In this document: in pieces, positions 7,216 to 14,745 of the stretch | Numbering within the stretch: the stretch's first letter is position 1 | Layout of the letters: each line of letters begins with the position of its first letter | From: an uncultured virus (IMG/VR IMGVR_UViG_3300028840_008158) | Taxonomy: Duplodnaviria > Heunggongvirae > Uroviricota > Caudoviricetes | IMG/VR virus record: IMGVR_UViG_3300028840_008158 | Strand: one strand, 5' to 3' | Length of the DNA: 57,056 bases | Program-made: the position numbers and the translations under genes | The notes under the pieces: model-generated | What the model was told of the DNA's origin: nothing | What the model saw: only the letters and a program-made list of their open reading frames with translations | Database searches by the model: none

Positions 7216-8607
7216 ATGAACGAGCGTTTCAAGACCCGCGACGAATTCCTAAAGTACCTCCACGGGACGCTGGACGAGCGCGCCCGGCCGGAGGACGTCG
7301 GCCAGGCCATCCTGGCCGGAGAGAAGTTCCTTCCGCTCGCGTTGCCGAAGGCGCTCCGCAAGCGGCTCTCCTCGATGAAGCCGCTCCCGAGCTACATGTC
7401 GGCCGACTTCAAGCGCGTCGTCGGCGCCGAGAGCGCCGTCAAGGTGGCCAAGGACATCTTCCCCAAGAACGGCATCCCCGTCAAGGGGCTCAGCCCGGAC
7501 GACCCGGCGTCGATCCGCGCGTTCATCTCGAGGGCGTCGAAGGCTATCGGCAGGAAGGTCCGCGAGAACTTCGCCCAGAGGAAGAACCGGAAGGATCGCC
7601 GGAAGTCCAAGATCAAGCTGTCCAAGCGGCAGTTCAACAAGCTCTACAGGTTCATTTGCAGGCTCGAGGAGAAGGCCGAGCGCATGGAGCGCGAGGGCAT
7701 CCGGCGCGACATGACGATGGCGGCCAAGTCCAAGCTCGCCAGCAAGATCTCCTGGAGGGACTTCAAGAAGTCCGCCGCGTCCGCCGCGTTCATCGCCTAC
7801 TACACGGCGACCAGCAACCGCCGCAGCGAGTTCACGTGGGGCAAGCAGTCTCGCGCCTACGACAAGGTGGCGGAGTCCCTGCTCGAGGAGGTATGCGCGA
7901 AGGACAAGTCCTCCAATTGGTTCGCCATCTCCCACGTCTTCACGCCGCAGCGCGTGGTCTCCAGGCTGACCGACAAGCAGAAGGGTCGCCTGGCGGGGCT
8001 CTACTTCGGCGTGGTCGAGCAGGCTTGCCTCATCATGGAGGAGGTCTGGCGCGACAACGACATCGCCCGCGACACGATGATCGTGAAGCGTGGCAACGAC
8101 AGCTCGACGTGGAACACGATGGCCGGCGCCTACAACAAGGCCCGCGAGGCTTGGTTCGCCATCCTCAGGGACATGGGCATGGACGCCGTCATCGAGGCTT
8201 GCTGCCCCGGGAAGGCGCTCCGGCTCATGGCCGCCGACGTCGCGTGGATGCATCGCCACTTCAACGAGGGGCTCGACCCGGACACGTCCGTCTGGAACGA
8301 GCTGCCGCTCCCGTGGGACGTCGTGCTCCACGAGGTTCCGTGCCCGCGCAAGATGGTCCAGGCGGTATGCGACAAGCACAAGGTCAAGTCCTCGGGCGGC
8401 TGGGTCGCCGCGCGCGACATCAAGGTCGCGCAGGCGTTCAAGGCCACGCCGGAGCTGGTCCACGGCGTTACCGTCTCCAGCCCGTCCCTCGGCAAGATCC
8501 TAAAGAAGTCGGGGGCGTTCTCGGGCAAGGGGCTCAGGCGCGACGCCAAGATGCCCGGCATCATCAAGAAGCACAAGAACAGGCGCGTGGTCGTCGACAA
8601 GGAGTGA
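7216..8607 (+). CDS. 463-aa basic hypothetical protein
   Basis: AAGGAGG RBS, strong GC3 coding bias; no motif I can assign. Confidence 0.85.
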   Translation: MNERFKTRDEFLKYLHGTLDERARPEDVGQAILAGEKFLPLALPKALRKRLSSMKPLPSYMSADFKRVVGAESAVKVAKDIFPKNGIPVKGLSPDDPASIRAFISRASKAIGRKVRENFAQRKNRKDRRKSKIKLSKRQFNKLYRFICRLEEKAERMEREGIRRDMTMAAKSKLASKISWRDFKKSAASAAFIAYYTATSNRRSEFTWGKQSRAYDKVAESLLEEVCAKDKSSNWFAISHVFTPQRVVSRLTDKQKGRLAGLYFGVVEQACLIMEEVWRDNDIARDTMIVKRGNDSSTWNTMAGAYNKAREAWFAILRDMGMDAVIEACCPGKALRLMAADVAWMHRHFNEGLDPDTSVWNELPLPWDVVLHEVPCPRKMVQAVCDKHKVKSSGGWVAARDIKVAQAFKATPELVHGVTVSSPSLGKILKKSGAFSGKGLRRDAKMPGIIKKHKNRRVVVDKE

Positions 8608-8778
8608 GGCGATGGAGCGCTGCGTTTGCCGGTCCCGCGTCCCCCTCGGATTGATGTCCGTCGTTTCCGAGGACGCTGAGATCCGGGCCCAGCGGGCGTG
8701 GGAGAGGGGCGTCGGACGGACGCACGGGCGCGCTATTACCGACTTCATCATCAAGAGGATGGGACGAAGGGGGTTCCA

Positions 8779-9183
8779 ATGAGCCCGGAGAAGGACGCCG
8801 AGCTGGTCCGAAAATACCCCATGCTTTACGCCCAGCGGGAAGGCCGCATGTCCGAAACCTGCATGTGCTGGGGGTTCGAATGCGACGACGGCTGGTACTC
8901 GCTCATCGACGAGTTGTCCGCCAGGCTGGAGGGGCTCAACCGGGAGATCGCTTCCGGGGGCGGCCTCCCCATCGAGGCTTGCCAGGTGAAGGAGAAGTTC
9001 GGGACCCTTAGGTTCTACACGGACGCGGTACCAGGCGAGCATTCCGACCAGGTCGAGAAGTGGATCGAGGAGGCGGAGGAGAAGTCGGCGAGGACCTGCG
9101 AGCATTGCGGAAACCCCGGCAAGACGAGGGGCGGCGGGTGGATCATGACCTTGTGCGAGGATTGCGCCAAGGAACGAAGATGA
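8779..9183 (+). CDS. phage-type hypothetical protein (GW...QVKEKFGxLRFY...CExCG)
   Basis: motif pattern familiar from large phage genomes. Confidence 0.75.
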   Translation: MSPEKDAELVRKYPMLYAQREGRMSETCMCWGFECDDGWYSLIDELSARLEGLNREIASGGGLPIEACQVKEKFGTLRFYTDAVPGEHSDQVEKWIEEAEEKSARTCEHCGNPGKTRGGGWIMTLCEDCAKERR

Positions 9184-9725
9184 AAAGGCTCAACCTCAGA
9201 TGCGACGGGACGATCTTCCTCTCGGAGGACGCCGCGACGATCGTGGTGGGGAACGGCTACGCCTACGAGGGGAGGGCGCGGCCGACGTTCATGGACGAGT
9301 TCTACTTCTTCGGCCTGTCACACGTAGTCCCGATATCGTCGATCCCGAGGTGGCTCCTGGACGTTTGCAAATCCCCGGCCGGAAGGATGGGGACCGGGCT
9401 CGTGCCTTTCGTCGGGACGGCCGTCATGAGGGAGGAATCGGACCAGGTCGGCCTCTGGATCAACCGTGGCGAGACCATGGTCCTGAACCTGACCAAAGGC
9501 GTCCCGGTTTGGCGCAGGACGGCCGACGGGAACTTCATACCGTCCTGGGGCGCGACGTCCCTACAAGATTCGGATTCCCGAGGGAACCGAGCGCTGGACA
9601 GGATGAGGGAACTAGAGGGCGAAAGGCTCGATGTCTCCACGGTTCCGGGGTGGGCGGTGACCAAGACGAACGGCGATCCGGACCTGGTTTTGCCCAAGAA
9701 AAAATTTGGCAGGAAAATCTCTTGA
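9180..9725 (+). CDS. hypothetical protein
   Basis: ATGA coupling to upstream gene. Confidence 0.6.
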   Translation: MKRLNLRCDGTIFLSEDAATIVVGNGYAYEGRARPTFMDEFYFFGLSHVVPISSIPRWLLDVCKSPAGRMGTGLVPFVGTAVMREESDQVGLWINRGETMVLNLTKGVPVWRRTADGNFIPSWGATSLQDSDSRGNRALDRMRELEGERLDVSTVPGWAVTKTNGDPDLVLPKKKFGRKIS

Positions 9726-9750
9726 CGGCGGTCAAGATATAACGTAGGAT
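9722..9750 (+). promoter_or_regulatory. sigma70-like promoter of tRNA array 2
   Basis: TTGACG-17 nt-TAGGAT with A tracts upstream. Confidence 0.7.
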
Positions 9751-9789
9751 ACTCGTGAGGGCCAATGTTGGCCCCGGAGGAAACGGACG

Positions 9790-9885
9790 ATGTTCCGCTT
9801 AGGTTCAGGAAATGGATTGGCAGGACTCCTCGCGAGCGCGAGCGCGGATTCGCATGATTCCGCCCTGTCATATCGCGGCCCCTGA
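9790..9885 (+). CDS. attenuator leader peptide 2 (MFRLGSGNGLAGLLASASADSHDSALSYRGP)
   Basis: GGAGG RBS 9776-9780; 24 of 31 codons are Leu/Gly/Ser/Ala/Asp/His, the amino acids of array 2. Confidence 0.8.
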   Translation: MFRLGSGNGLAGLLASASADSHDSALSYRGP

Positions 9886-9946
9886 ACCGACCTAATTCTC
9901 AGGGAAGGTTCAGGGGCGAGCCCGAAAGGCTCGCCCCTTTCTTTTT
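9878..9946 (+). terminator. attenuator 2: antiterminator (9878-9888 with 9907-9917) overlapping intrinsic terminator (9912-9938 plus U tract)
   Basis: GCCCCTGAACC/GGTTCAGGGGC perfect 11 bp; AGGGGCGAGCC-CGAAA-GGCTCGCCCCT then TTCTTTTT. Confidence 0.85.
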
Positions 9947-9966
9947 GCCGGAAGACGGAAGACGTA

Positions 9967-9980
9967 GGTTCTTTGACAAG
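9967..9980 (+). promoter_or_regulatory. boxA-like antitermination motif
   Basis: GGTTCTTTGACAAG, second copy of the 3508-3521 motif. Confidence 0.55.
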
Positions 9981-9999
9981 AGAAGATGGCCGTCAATGT

Positions 10000-10074
10000 G
10001 GTGGCTATGGTGTAATGGTAGCCCGCTTGCCTGTGGCGCAAGAGGCCCGGGTCCGATTCCCGGTAGTCACCCCA
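10000..10074 (+). tRNA. tRNA-His(GTG)
   Basis: G-1/C73, CTTGC-CTGTGGC-GCAAG, CCA. Confidence 0.9.
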
Positions 10075-10084
10075 ATACATACGT

Positions 10085-10161
10085 GGCGTGGTGGCCCAAC
10101 TGGCAGAGGCGAACGGCTCAGAACCGTTTTGTTGGGGGTTCGACTCCCCCCCACGCTACCA
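10085..10161 (+). tRNA. tRNA-Leu(CAG), short variable loop
   Basis: AACGG-CTCAGAA-CCGTT, 5-nt variable region, ACCA. Confidence 0.85.
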
Positions 10162-10355
10162 TTACTGAGTTTCTACGAGGACATTTACGGAAAGAGCGGA
10201 AATGGACAAGGAGATTCCTACCCCGTAAGCACGACGGCAGCGTCCTAGTGGCGTCTGGGCAATGGGAGGCCAAGTAACCGGCGGCCGCGATAGCCACCGG
10301 CGAAAGCGCCAACTGCCAAGGGGATAAGCGCGGAACACGCCGCCGCCGCGCGGGA

Positions 10356-10426
10356 TGCCCGGTAGCTCAACGGCAGAGCAGCCCCCAGAGAGGGGGAAGA
10401 TGCGGGTTCGAATCCCGTCCGTGGTA
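10356..10426 (+). ncRNA. tRNA-like element with 5-nt loop (AGAGA) instead of an anticodon loop
   Basis: TAGCTCAACGGCAGAGC D arm, CCCCC-AGAGA-GGGGG, GCGGG-TTCGAAT-CCCGT; bulged acceptor, no CCA. Confidence 0.6.
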
Positions 10427-10427
10427 C

Positions 10428-10492
10428 TGGTTCTCGTCCAAAGTAGGACGCCGCCCGCAAGGCGGAAATCGGGGTGCAAGTCCTCGGAGCCA
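10428..10492 (+). ncRNA. tRNA-like element with 5-nt loop (CGCAA)
   Basis: TGGTTC/GAGCCA stem, GTCC/GGAC D arm, CCGCC-CGCAA-GGCGG, CGGGG-TGCAAGT-CCTCG. Confidence 0.55.
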
Positions 10493-10515
10493 ATTTCCTT
10501 TACCATTTCCACCAC

Positions 10516-10592
10516 GGTCTTGAGGTCGAAGCAGTCGAGACGCCTGCCTGTCACGCAGGAGAAAGCGGGTGCGAGTCCCGTCCTGACCGCCA
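10516..10592 (+). tRNA. tRNA-Asp(GTC)
   Basis: CCTGC-CTGTCAC-GCAGG, GCCA. Confidence 0.85.
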
Positions 10593-10606
10593 TTTGCAAC
10601 AGATTT

Positions 10607-10682
10607 GGCGCGGTAGCCCAACGGCAGAGGCACATGCTTCAAACCCATGTCAGTGAGGGTTCGAGTCCCTCCCGCGCTACCA
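10607..10682 (+). tRNA. tRNA-Leu(CAA), short variable loop
   Basis: loop TTCAAAC, GGCGCGG/CCGCGCT, ACCA. Confidence 0.85.
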
Positions 10683-10687
10683 ACTTC

Positions 10688-10761
10688 GCGGGTGTAAGTC
10701 AATGGCAGACTACCTGGCTTCCAACCAGGATACGGGAGTTCGATTCTCCCTACCCGCACCA
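10688..10761 (+). tRNA. tRNA-Gly(TCC)
   Basis: CCTGG-CTTCCAA-CCAGG, ACCA. Confidence 0.9.
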
Positions 10762-10770
10762 AGACGAGAC

Positions 10771-10858
10771 GGAAGGCGAACCGGACGAGAGCGCCGGGGC
10801 TGGTTTGAAGCCAGCGCGTGCCCTCGGGCATGGGGGGCAGGACCTCCGCCTTCCGCCA
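10771..10858 (+). tRNA. tRNA-Ser(TGA)
   Basis: GCTGG-TTTGAAG-CCAGC, long variable arm, atypical T arm, GCCA. Confidence 0.75.
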
Positions 10859-10859
10859 C

Positions 10860-10947
10860 GGAAGACGAACCGGACAAGCGAGCCGGGACTGGTTCGAAGC
10901 CAGCGCGTGCCCTCGGGCATGGGGTGCAAATCCTCCGTCTTCCGCCA
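10860..10947 (+). tRNA. tRNA-Ser(CGA)
   Basis: loop TTCGAAG, long variable arm, GCCA; paralog of the preceding gene. Confidence 0.8.
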
Positions 10948-11059
10948 TGAAACGCGGGGTATCGGGCTTGGCTCCGACTCGGTACCCGAAACGCATCCAG
11001 ATCGGGCCCCATGAATCGGCGAGCCGGGGGCCGAAAAAGCGTAACCGGTACTGGAAACT

Positions 11060-11147
11060 GCGTGGTCGTCTAACGAACGCGGGGTACCCCGCAGGACGCC
11101 GCCACGAAAGGCGGAAATGGAGGGTTGAAGTCCCTCCCCACGCTCCA
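11060..11147 (+). ncRNA. tRNA-like element with 6-nt loop (ACGAAA) and a hairpin inserted in the D loop
   Basis: GCGTGG/CCACGC then TCCA, CCGCC-ACGAAA-GGCGG, GAGGG-TTGAAGT-CCCTC, palindrome GCGGGGTACCCCGC in D loop. Confidence 0.55.
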
Positions 11148-11148
11148 A

Positions 11149-11240
11149 GGAAGGCCGCCGGAGTCCGGAGAGCCGGGCCGGTTTGCTAAACCGGGGGCGT
11201 CATAAGCGCTCAGCGGGTTCGAATCCCGCGCCTTCCGCCA
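11149..11240 (+). tRNA. tRNA-Ser(GCT)
   Basis: CCGGT-TTGCTAA-ACCGG, long variable arm, GCCA. Confidence 0.85.
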
Positions 11241-11249
11241 GAAATTCGG

Positions 11250-11309
11250 GGGGGCGTCGTATGGCTGGCAGCCATGAGGTCACGGGTTCGAGCCCCGTCG
11301 CCTCCACCA
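11250..11309 (+). tRNA. D-armless tRNA-Ala(GGC) (60 nt; functional or pseudogene)
   Basis: GGGGGCG/CGCCTCC with G3:U70, only TCG between acceptor and anticodon arm, loop CTGGCAG, intact T arm, ACCA. Confidence 0.65.
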
Positions 11310-11317
11310 CGAGATTT

Positions 11318-11392
11318 GGGGGCGCATGTACCGTAGGGGCGAAAATCCCTCGCACGGATTTTGGGTGGGTGCAACTCCCATCGCCTCCACCA
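11318..11392 (+). tRNA. tRNA-Ala(CGC)
   Basis: G3:U70, AATCC-CTCGCAC-GGATT, ACCA. Confidence 0.75.
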
Positions 11393-11573
11393 TTTTTTGC
11401 AATGCAAAGGGTTTATCTTCCATTCTTCGCAACCTATGCGATTTCCAACCTGGAATGCGCCTGTAATACGCATCACGCGAAAAGGCATTTGAAGTTGGTA
11501 GACGGAGAATGGGTATACGATCTCAAGAGCCTTACTCCAAGAGAAATGCTCGGAACCATTCCTGATTGAAGGC

Positions 11574-11648
11574 GGGGCCATCGTCCAATGGGAGGACGCA
11601 AGCTCGGCAGGCTTGAAATGGCGGGTTCGAATCCCCCTGGCTCCACCA
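11574..11648 (+). tRNA. tRNA-Ala(GGC)
   Basis: G3:U70, CAAGC-TCGGCAG-GCTTG (C33), ACCA. Confidence 0.8.
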
Positions 11649-11656
11649 AGTTTTAA

Positions 11657-11731
11657 GGGCCCGTAGTGTAGTGGCGATCATGCCTGATTGTCGATCAGGC
11701 GACGGGGGTTCGATTCCCCTCGGGCCCGCCA
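11657..11731 (+). tRNA. tRNA-Asp(GTC)
   Basis: CCTGA-TTGTCGA-TCAGG, GCCA. Confidence 0.85.
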
Positions 11732-11734
11732 TCC

Positions 11735-11770
11735 TGGACCGAGTTCGCCATTTGGACCGAGTTCGCCATT
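11735..11770. repeat. 18-bp tandem duplication TGGACCGAGTTCGCCATT x2
   Basis: exact direct repeat just after tRNA-Asp. Confidence 0.85.
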
Positions 11771-11988
11771 ATCCACTGGACCAGCGTCCATGAATCAGGT
11801 CGGGAACCTGGGAATACTCTTCGGCTGAACGAATGGAATATTTCGTTGACGAAGACCCGGTCCTTCTCGACCATCAGATGAGGCGGCACGTGTTTGGCGA
11901 CGAAGTACCGGCCCTTCTTATGGGGGCCGGACTCCAAGGGGCAGATAGTCGTCGCGAAGTGGATCGAGTATCGCATGCAGGATCATAC

Positions 11989-12076
11989 GGAAGGTGAACC
12001 GGACAAGCGCGCCGGGGCTGCTTGGAAGGCAGTTCGTGCCTTAGGGCATGAGGGGCGGCACCTCCTCCTTCCGCCA
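11989..12076 (+). tRNA. tRNA-Ser(GGA)
   Basis: GCTGC-TTGGAAG-GCAGT, long variable arm, atypical T arm, GCCA. Confidence 0.75.
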
Positions 12077-12217
12077 TTTTCTCGAAAGGACTCCACTGGG
12101 TTTCTGATGATTCATCCATGAAAAACATCAACATCAGCCTCCCATGGCCGTTGGTCGTAGTCGGGATCGTTCTCGACATTGCGATGATCATCACGATCAT
12201 AATATTGTTGTTGTAGA

Positions 12218-12300
12218 GCGCAGGTGGCGGAACTGGCAGACGCGCTAGGTCGAGAGCCTAGTGGGAGACCGTGGGGGTTCGAATCCCCCCCTGCGCACCA
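12218..12300 (+). tRNA. tRNA-Leu(GAG)
   Basis: CTAGG-TCGAGAG-CCTAG, extended variable arm, ACCA. Confidence 0.85.
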
Positions 12301-12303
12301 TTT

Positions 12304-12379
12304 GGGGACCCATGTTCCAAGGGGGCGACGACGCCTTGCAAGCATCGTGAGCCGGGTTCGATTCCCGGGGTCTCCACCA
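12304..12379 (+). tRNA. tRNA-Ala(TGC)
   Basis: G3:U70, loop CTTGCAA, TTCGATT, ACCA. Confidence 0.8.
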
Positions 12380-12398
12380 TGCCTTTAAGGAGATGATC

Positions 12399-12757
12399 AT
12401 GAAGCGAAAGGACGAAATCCCCAAGAAGGACTCGCTTGGGCACCGATGGATGCCGAGACGGGGAAGGCAGTCGATCCTGCCCAACATCTGCGTTGAATGC
12501 GGCGCGATTTCCGGGACGGACGACGCCTGCAAGAAATGCAAACCATGACCGACGAGTACTTTTGCCACGTATGCGGGTTCAGGAAGAAGGTCGGGGGTCG
12601 CGAGGACGACGGTCCCATCGTCGTCAAGTCGGTCCCGATGCAGCTCAAGGTGATCTACTCGTGTTCAAGGGTCAAGAACATTGCCGATACGGAGATCAGG
12701 CACGTCGTCAAGGAGCATGGGATTCCTCGTCGTCAGGGGAGCGGGGATGAGTCCTGA
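12399..12757 (+). CDS. two coupled small CxxC proteins (12399-12548 and 12545-12757)
   Basis: AAGGAG RBS, ATGA overlap, CVEC/CKKC and CHVC motifs. Confidence 0.45.
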
Positions 12758-12774
12758 GTATCAGCAGTATACAT

Positions 12775-12849
12775 GGCGCGGTGGCCCAACGGCAGAGGCG
12801 CGTGGCTTAGGCCCACGAGATGAGGGTTCGACTCCCTCCCGCGCTACCA
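12775..12849 (+). tRNA. tRNA-Leu(TAG), short variable loop
   Basis: CGTGG-CTTAGGC-CCACG, ACCA. Confidence 0.85.
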
Positions 12850-13067
12850 ATTCCGGTACCCTGGGACATGCAATGACGCGGCGACGGAGCGATGATGCAT
12901 GTTCGTCAGCACGATGGTCGGGGCGAGGTTGCCGAATCCCCCGATGATGTTCCTTCTGGGTGGTCCCGACAACATCCTGCCGTTGATGACCGAGATGACG
13001 TGATTCTCCAGGGGGATCACACCAGGAGGAGTCACGACTTTCTTGGCGAGGGAATAAACTAATTCGT

Positions 13068-13546
13068 TCATCGTCCTGCGATCCAATCCCATGCGCTAGC
13101 AACGCTATCGTCGCTTCTCGGTGACAGTAGCAATCTGAAAGTCCCGTCGGCTACGCGTTCGAAAGGGGCGTTGGTCCTGTCCATGTGTTCCCAGAGGATG
13201 TCCCCGTGATGTATCTCGCGTAGCCTTATCCATGGACTTCCCCATGGGACGTTCTCCATCGCGTTTCTGACGATCCTTTTTGTTTCGCCGGGATGTTCGT
13301 ATTCGACCGACACGTTGACGTGGTCTGGAATGAGCTTGTTGAGGACATCGGCAATGGGTCTCATTTCCCTTTTTCCTTTTTGGGGTTCATGAACCGGTCC
13401 ATGGACTTGATGATGTCCTCGGCCTTCATGGGGGGCTCGCACGTCCGACACCAATATCGAGGCCCGAACCCCATGTTCATCCCGAGGCCGGCCTCGTTCG
13501 GGTTGATCTCCTTGTCGCATTTGAAGCATCTTACTTTTTCGCCCAT
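13068..13546 (-). CDS. two small antisense hypothetical ORFs (13361-13546 with CxxC motifs; 13068-13364)
   Basis: AGGAAG and AGGGA RBS-like motifs, ATGA coupling. Confidence 0.5.
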
Positions 13547-13561
13547 CTGTCTTCCTTTCGT

Positions 13562-13638
13562 GGCGCGGTAGGCCAATCGGGAGAGCTAGGACACTTAAAA
13601 TGTCCGGGTTGAGGGTTCGACTCCCTCCCGCGCTACCA
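13562..13638 (+). tRNA. tRNA-Leu(TAA), short variable loop
   Basis: GGACA-CTTAAAA-TGTCC, ACCA. Confidence 0.85.
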
Positions 13639-13832
13639 ATTCTCGAATGCGATCCGCGTGTATCTCGACGAGGGATTCATGAGGCACGTCGTCGAGCAAC
13701 CAATTTCGAATGAAATGACCGTTCCTGTTGTATATCTGCAAACGTACGAAAATTTTGGGGCATATAACGACTTCTTCGGCGATGGATTTGCGTTCCCCCG
13801 AGCCCATGTTATACTTCGTGTAGGAGGGCGCC

Positions 13833-14219
13833 ATGAGGTTGATCCTTTTCCTGATGATGCTGTTCCCGGCCACGGCTCTGGCGCGTTCCTGCGACCCGTG
13901 GCAGATGAGGGTCGTCTACCCCCAAACGCGTACGGTCGTCATTTTCGTCCATCATAATCCTCCGGTCAAGACAATAAGGCGCATGCCGGATCCGCCCGAG
14001 CCGATGCCAGGCTGGGGCCGGATTCCGGGCCCCAACGAGAAGAGGTTCGTCAACGGGAGCGCCCGGAAACCCAAGGTCGACCAATACGAGAAGTGGAAGG
14101 CATCGAGGGGGGGCGACGCCAAGCCGGACGACTCAGGGGATCGCCGGAAGCGGGTCGAGGAGATTCGAAGGACGAGGGAGTTCATCATGGACGCCCTGTC
14201 CCGAGAGGAGGACGAGTGA
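13833..14219 (+). CDS. secreted hypothetical protein
   Basis: AGGAGG RBS, signal peptide ending ALA. Confidence 0.6.
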   Translation: MRLILFLMMLFPATALARSCDPWQMRVVYPQTRTVVIFVHHNPPVKTIRRMPDPPEPMPGWGRIPGPNEKRFVNGSARKPKVDQYEKWKASRGGDAKPDDSGDRRKRVEEIRRTREFIMDALSREEDE

Positions 14220-14460
14220 GTCGTCGATACCTGTACGCGAGGCGCCCGCGCCTGTCCCATTACGGGGGGCCTCTCCACGTCGAGTTCAAGTGGAGATCGG
14301 CTTGGCCGGGCCACGCGGATAGGGGACGTGATCACGTCGTCCTCAAGACGCCCGTCGAGATGGACGCGTTCCGCGAAATAGCGAATGCGTTCGTGACGTG
14401 GCCTAAGGTCGATTCGTGGTCCTCCATGTACGACAGCGTTAGGCTGCGTTGCGGGGGGGA

Positions 14461-14745
14461 ATGATGGCGTATGATCATTACATGAGGACTCCGGAACAGT
14501 TCATCGACGACATGCTGGAACGCGGGCGCCATTGGACGGCCATCTTGTCGGTCGCTCGGGTCATTCGGGGGGGATCATGGGCGGCGAAGGTCAAGGGCAT
14601 CCTGAGAGACAGGAAGATCGTCCCCGGCGACGACGAGAAGCTGAACGCGGCTAGGGACAAGATGCTGAAGGAGGACGTTCGGCGCCAGCAAGATCGAGAG
14701 AAGCGCGAGAAGAGGGAGCGACACCGGAGAAGGAAGAAGAAATGA
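14461..14745 (+). CDS. hypothetical protein with basic C-terminus
   Basis: coupled ORF chain. Confidence 0.55.
   Translation: MMAYDHYMRTPEQFIDDMLERGRHWTAILSVARVIRGGSWAAKVKGILRDRKIVPGDDEKLNAARDKMLKEDVRRQQDREKREKRERHRRRKKK

Noticed and set aside
7249..8654. Long alternative-frame and antisense ORFs here and over prkA, spoVR, recA
   Set aside because: Expected by-product of high GC3 bias; Arg/Gly/Pro-rich or antisense-like composition without motifs.
10225..10320. HDV-like/theta or hammerhead ribozyme in array-2 spacer
   Set aside because: Could not build P1/P1.1 or find a CUGAUGA core; kept only as a generic structured spacer.
11250..11392. tmRNA (Ala acceptor without D arm)
   Set aside because: Has a normal anticodon arm and no tag ORF or pseudoknot region between the acceptor halves.
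3350..12345. Many ORF-track entries overlapping tRNA genes (e.g. 3913-4416, 4310-5209, 10355-11014, 10367-10996)
   Set aside because: Shadow ORFs over tRNA cloverleaves; no RBS or protein motifs.
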